Source of the DNA: Novakomyces olei
Lineage: Eukaryota
Direction of reading: 5' to 3'
Length of the DNA stretch: 64,000 nt
Assembly: GCA_016906335.1 (NCBI GenBank)
Contig: JADEYG010000004.1
Coordinates: forward strand, 930,001-994,000
In this document: positions 60,728-64,000 of the stretch, piece after piece
How positions within the stretch are numbered: position 1 is the stretch's first letter
Layout: every line of letters begins with the position of its first letter
Notes under the pieces: generated by a model
Seen by the model: only the letters and a program-made list of their open reading frames with translations
The model's database searches: none
What the model was told of the DNA's origin: nothing
Made by a program: the position numbers and the translations under genes

Positions 60728-61495
60728 TAGACCAGAATACCAGGAAGACGTAAATACAATTAATTACATGTGAATTCAGAATCAACGTTTTTACTAAATA
60801 ATTGCGCGACTCAAACAAACGTACACATACAAACTAAATACTGTGCAATCAGATATATTGAATTATCGAAGCGGACTATTAAAATTGGACATACTGGTCA
60901 CCATCCGTCATTACTGCACCGATCTCTGCCTGTACTCACAGAAAAAGCACCTACGATAGATTTAAAACCCTGTCTAAATTGTATAATTGGCGAGTTCATA
61001 CACCTCGCGCGTATCACCACTTGCAACGGGTTGGTTAATGCCATACTTATATTTAATAATAATTAAATATTAATAATAGCAAATTAAAAATCATAAATAA
61101 TAAATTGTAAATAGAGAAAAAAAATGAAATTCAGTCTCAGAATTGCCAAAATAAACACAGTCCCAATAGTATTTGAATGTCCATAGTGCTCGAGAGTCGA
61201 CGCGGTTTAGATTTTTCCGGCCAAAGGATCTGCGATAACTAATACGACCACTTCGGTCTGCACCGTTCTATATTTAAATATATTTCACAACTCGTAAAAA
61301 AATAAATGTAAGGCTGGAATCAGCCTTAATCTTCAAATCACGCTAATCAAACAATCTATGATACAAATGCGTTTGCAAGCAGACTACAACGCTGTTTTGC
61401 TTCCCGTATAGCGACCGTCTATCGCTTATTGAGGGATAATGCTCCAGTTTGCATTGCAAATTGAAGAAAAACAACAAAAGGGAACATTGCAGTGT

Positions 61496-62612
61496 TCATT
61501 GGCCAAACCGCTTCTCGGCGTACCCATAATGAGTCAGAGCACGTAAAAACGTGGAATATCTCACATCATAATAATGATCTTGATGACTAATTTGGATTAG
61601 TAAATCTTTAATGCACCACAGACATACAATATCTCTGTAAGCCGAATCTGCCAAGGTGGGAATCCTTGAAGGCGTGCATCTTTGGTGAAAAGAATAAGCA
61701 GATCTGGTTCGGGCATAATCGTTTCTGAAAGCTCAGAATCAATCAGTTCAGCGGTGACCTCATTCTCCGCTAGCTCGCCCCGCACTGCTGCTTCTGACAA
61801 GGCTTGTGTAAGCCCGACTATCGATTCACGGCCATCTTCCAAGGATATTAGATCGATCTGCAAGTCCGCCACTAGATAGTCAGATACGTTTTATTCCACT
61901 TTTCAACAATAGAAAAAAATTGTGAGAACCATGATACATAAATGATGAAACGCTTAGCAAATCGGATTGAGTCCAGTAAACAAAATTAGAACCAAAGCAA
62001 CTATAAATTAAAGCAAAAGTTTGCAATCAAATGCCATTTGGCAAGTGAAATATTACCATCCGTGCTTTTAAGAGTATCTCCATTTGAGCAGGAACCGACA
62101 TGCGGTGCCCGTACGACGAACTTTGGACGGTAGCGGCCAAAATACCGTTGCAAATGTGATGCTACCACCTGATGGATCTGTGCCGGAGAAGACTTTAAAT
62201 ACCCTGTTTGTCAATTAGTATTCAATCAATTCAATACAGAGAACAGAGCAAAAAGAAATAAAAATTAATAAAAAGAAATAGAAATAAAAAAAATGATAAT
62301 AGAAGTACCCTTTCGTTCATAAACGCTCAACCGTTCAATCCCTGCACTAGCGCACCAACAGCTTATTTCTCCTACTTGATCAACCAGCTGTTCCGTGCCA
62401 CCTTCCGTTGTGTGTTCAAGTATTACAGCCAAGTGTAGTGGCCTTCGTGGCAGTTTTGCAGTATCATTGCGAATAAGCTCTGGAGTTCGATGGTGATGAT
62501 AGAGCAAAGCAGGTAGAATTTGTGTCCATAGCATAATGTATGCCTCTATACGCCACCACACGCGATATACAAAGTGGAGGGCCCATAGGATTAGCGTCGC
62601 CACGAACGCCAT
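61496..62612 (-). CDS. NUS1: cis-prenyltransferase subunit Nus1; introns 62204-62308, 61872-62056, 61587-61627
   Basis: P.HLAVIL, WCASAGIERLSVYERKG, DGRESIV, PEPDLLI, GFPPWQIRLTEI, C-terminal RFG. Confidence 0.93.
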
Positions 62613-62751
62613 TGCCGTCCTGTGATATGGGCCTTTGGTTCTTTTATACAATTATCTCGAGTATCTATCAATGTTATTATGTATTATTTATGTATTATTT
62701 GTTATTTGTTATTTATTCATTATTTACAAACTGCGATGTCAAGCATGCGTC

Positions 62752-64000
62752 ATGAGCCAAGATAAACGTGGAGTGTTCGCGCACGACTCCGTGCAGCGCT
62801 ACGTAAACATTGACAGGTTTGGGGTAAGTTTAACGAGGCATTCGACATTGTATCTCATGTTCAGGACGATTTCACAGGCCGAGATTTGATAAATCTCTTA
62901 TCCGCATCGCTGCGAAGAGTATCCGTGCAAGATGGCAGTAAAGCATTCTCTCCAAAACCTTATATCCGTTTATTTGAGGCTTCATTGAACCAATTACGGG
63001 AACTAAAGTCTGATGCCTTGCGCCGTTCAGAGAGACTGGCGCAAGAAGCTAATGCTGCTCGCCGAGAGCATGCTCGCAATCTAGCTTCTATTAGGCCCGA
63101 GTACACAGTACGTGACTTTTTACAATTCTTCTTACACTAGTTTTGTTGGTTTTTCGTCTACGCTATACACTTTGTTTTATTTTATTTCATCTTCAATCCA
63201 ACGCATCTTTTTATTCTAACTTCTAATCATTTTTATAATTTTATTTATTATTAGTTCCATTTGCCAGCTTTTCATTTACACGCCTTCTAACTTCAAGAAC
63301 TTGCTATCTACTTTTGACTCTGTGGAGACAAATACTACAACGTCTAGTCGTACTGCAATGCAAATTGGGAAACAGCTTGGAGAAATCGACTTGCGACGGC
63401 AAAAAGCTTTAGAAGCAAAGTTTTTGTTTCAATGCTACATCGATTTCTGTAATGGGTCGAGTGAGAGGCTGGAAGACTTGAGGCTCAAGGAGACAGAAGC
63501 GTCATTAAAAAAGTGTGCTCACACAACACGTAACCTTGTTGTTCTCGCCAAAGACATAAGCTCTCCAAGGTCGGAAAAGGCGCGTAATGCTATTGAAAAG
63601 TACTCTGAATTCCTCGAGCAGTACTTGCTGGACCAATTTGAAGTTCAATATCGCAAACCAAATATTGCAAAAATGAGTGTAGGCTGTGCTTTATATTTTT
63701 CTTTTTTTGGTATGCAGATGATACTGACATTAAAGCTATACGCTGGAATACTCTACGAATTCGATGGGGCCAATCGCGTGATGGCCCAATTTTTAAATCA
63801 ACAAGACTTCTTCATCCTACAAGACAATTTGCAAGCCGATTCAGGGCTATCTGATTCTTTGGCTCAGCGGTTGTCTGATCCGGACGAGAACGTTCAAGAT
63901 ATTGTTATTCCAATAATGGGACTGGTAGACCGGGTCAAAAAGACTATGGACGATGAGACGCCGATCATTATTAAAGTGTTTCCAAATGCTGTTGAAGTCT
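62752..64000 (+). CDS. SEC10: Exocyst subunit Sec10, 5' part (runs off the window); introns 62824-62864, 63108-63297, 63679-63735
   Basis: FSPKPYIRLFE.SL.QL, AMQIGEQL, IEKYSE.LEQ.LL.QF, FLNQQDFF, IIKVFP. Confidence 0.85.

Overview
Eukaryotic, gene-dense fungal (ascomycete) chromosomal segment. Intron style and gene content look Taphrinomycotina-like, but that is inference and the species cannot be fixed from sequence alone. About 28 recognisable housekeeping genes are present, many with short introns (down to 35 nt) that the ORF track splits; I rebuilt the exon structures by hand. Genes in order: TRR1, YTH1, KEX2, a GBBD/AIM17-type dioxygenase, NIT3, a KH protein, unsplit MadBub (BUB1), ADE2, VTC4, LSM12, POL4, a HAD hydrolase, a nitronate monooxygenase, DNM1, ADE4, YEA4, SQR/hmt2, RNA1, COX17, a LIM-RhoGAP, TAF7, NOP14, VTA1, BNA5, an MPD1-like PDI, TVP23, NUS1 and SEC10 (truncated at the window end). 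There are also one or two orphan genes. I found no transposon, tRNA, rRNA or CRISPR. The most interesting signal is a box C/D snoRNA with an snR58-like LSU guide hidden in a predicted 5'-UTR intron of ADE4, whose retention would place upstream AUGs in front of this purine gene. Other notable signals: an AUG-less mitochondrial-presequence-like extension of TRR1; a graded tandem-repeat insert in pro-KEX2; A/T-rich microsatellites of differing units at many promoters; frequent AAG 3' splice sites; a 12-nt microexon carrying the PDI CGHC active site; several tiny uORFs; and intron-like elements downstream of stop codons.
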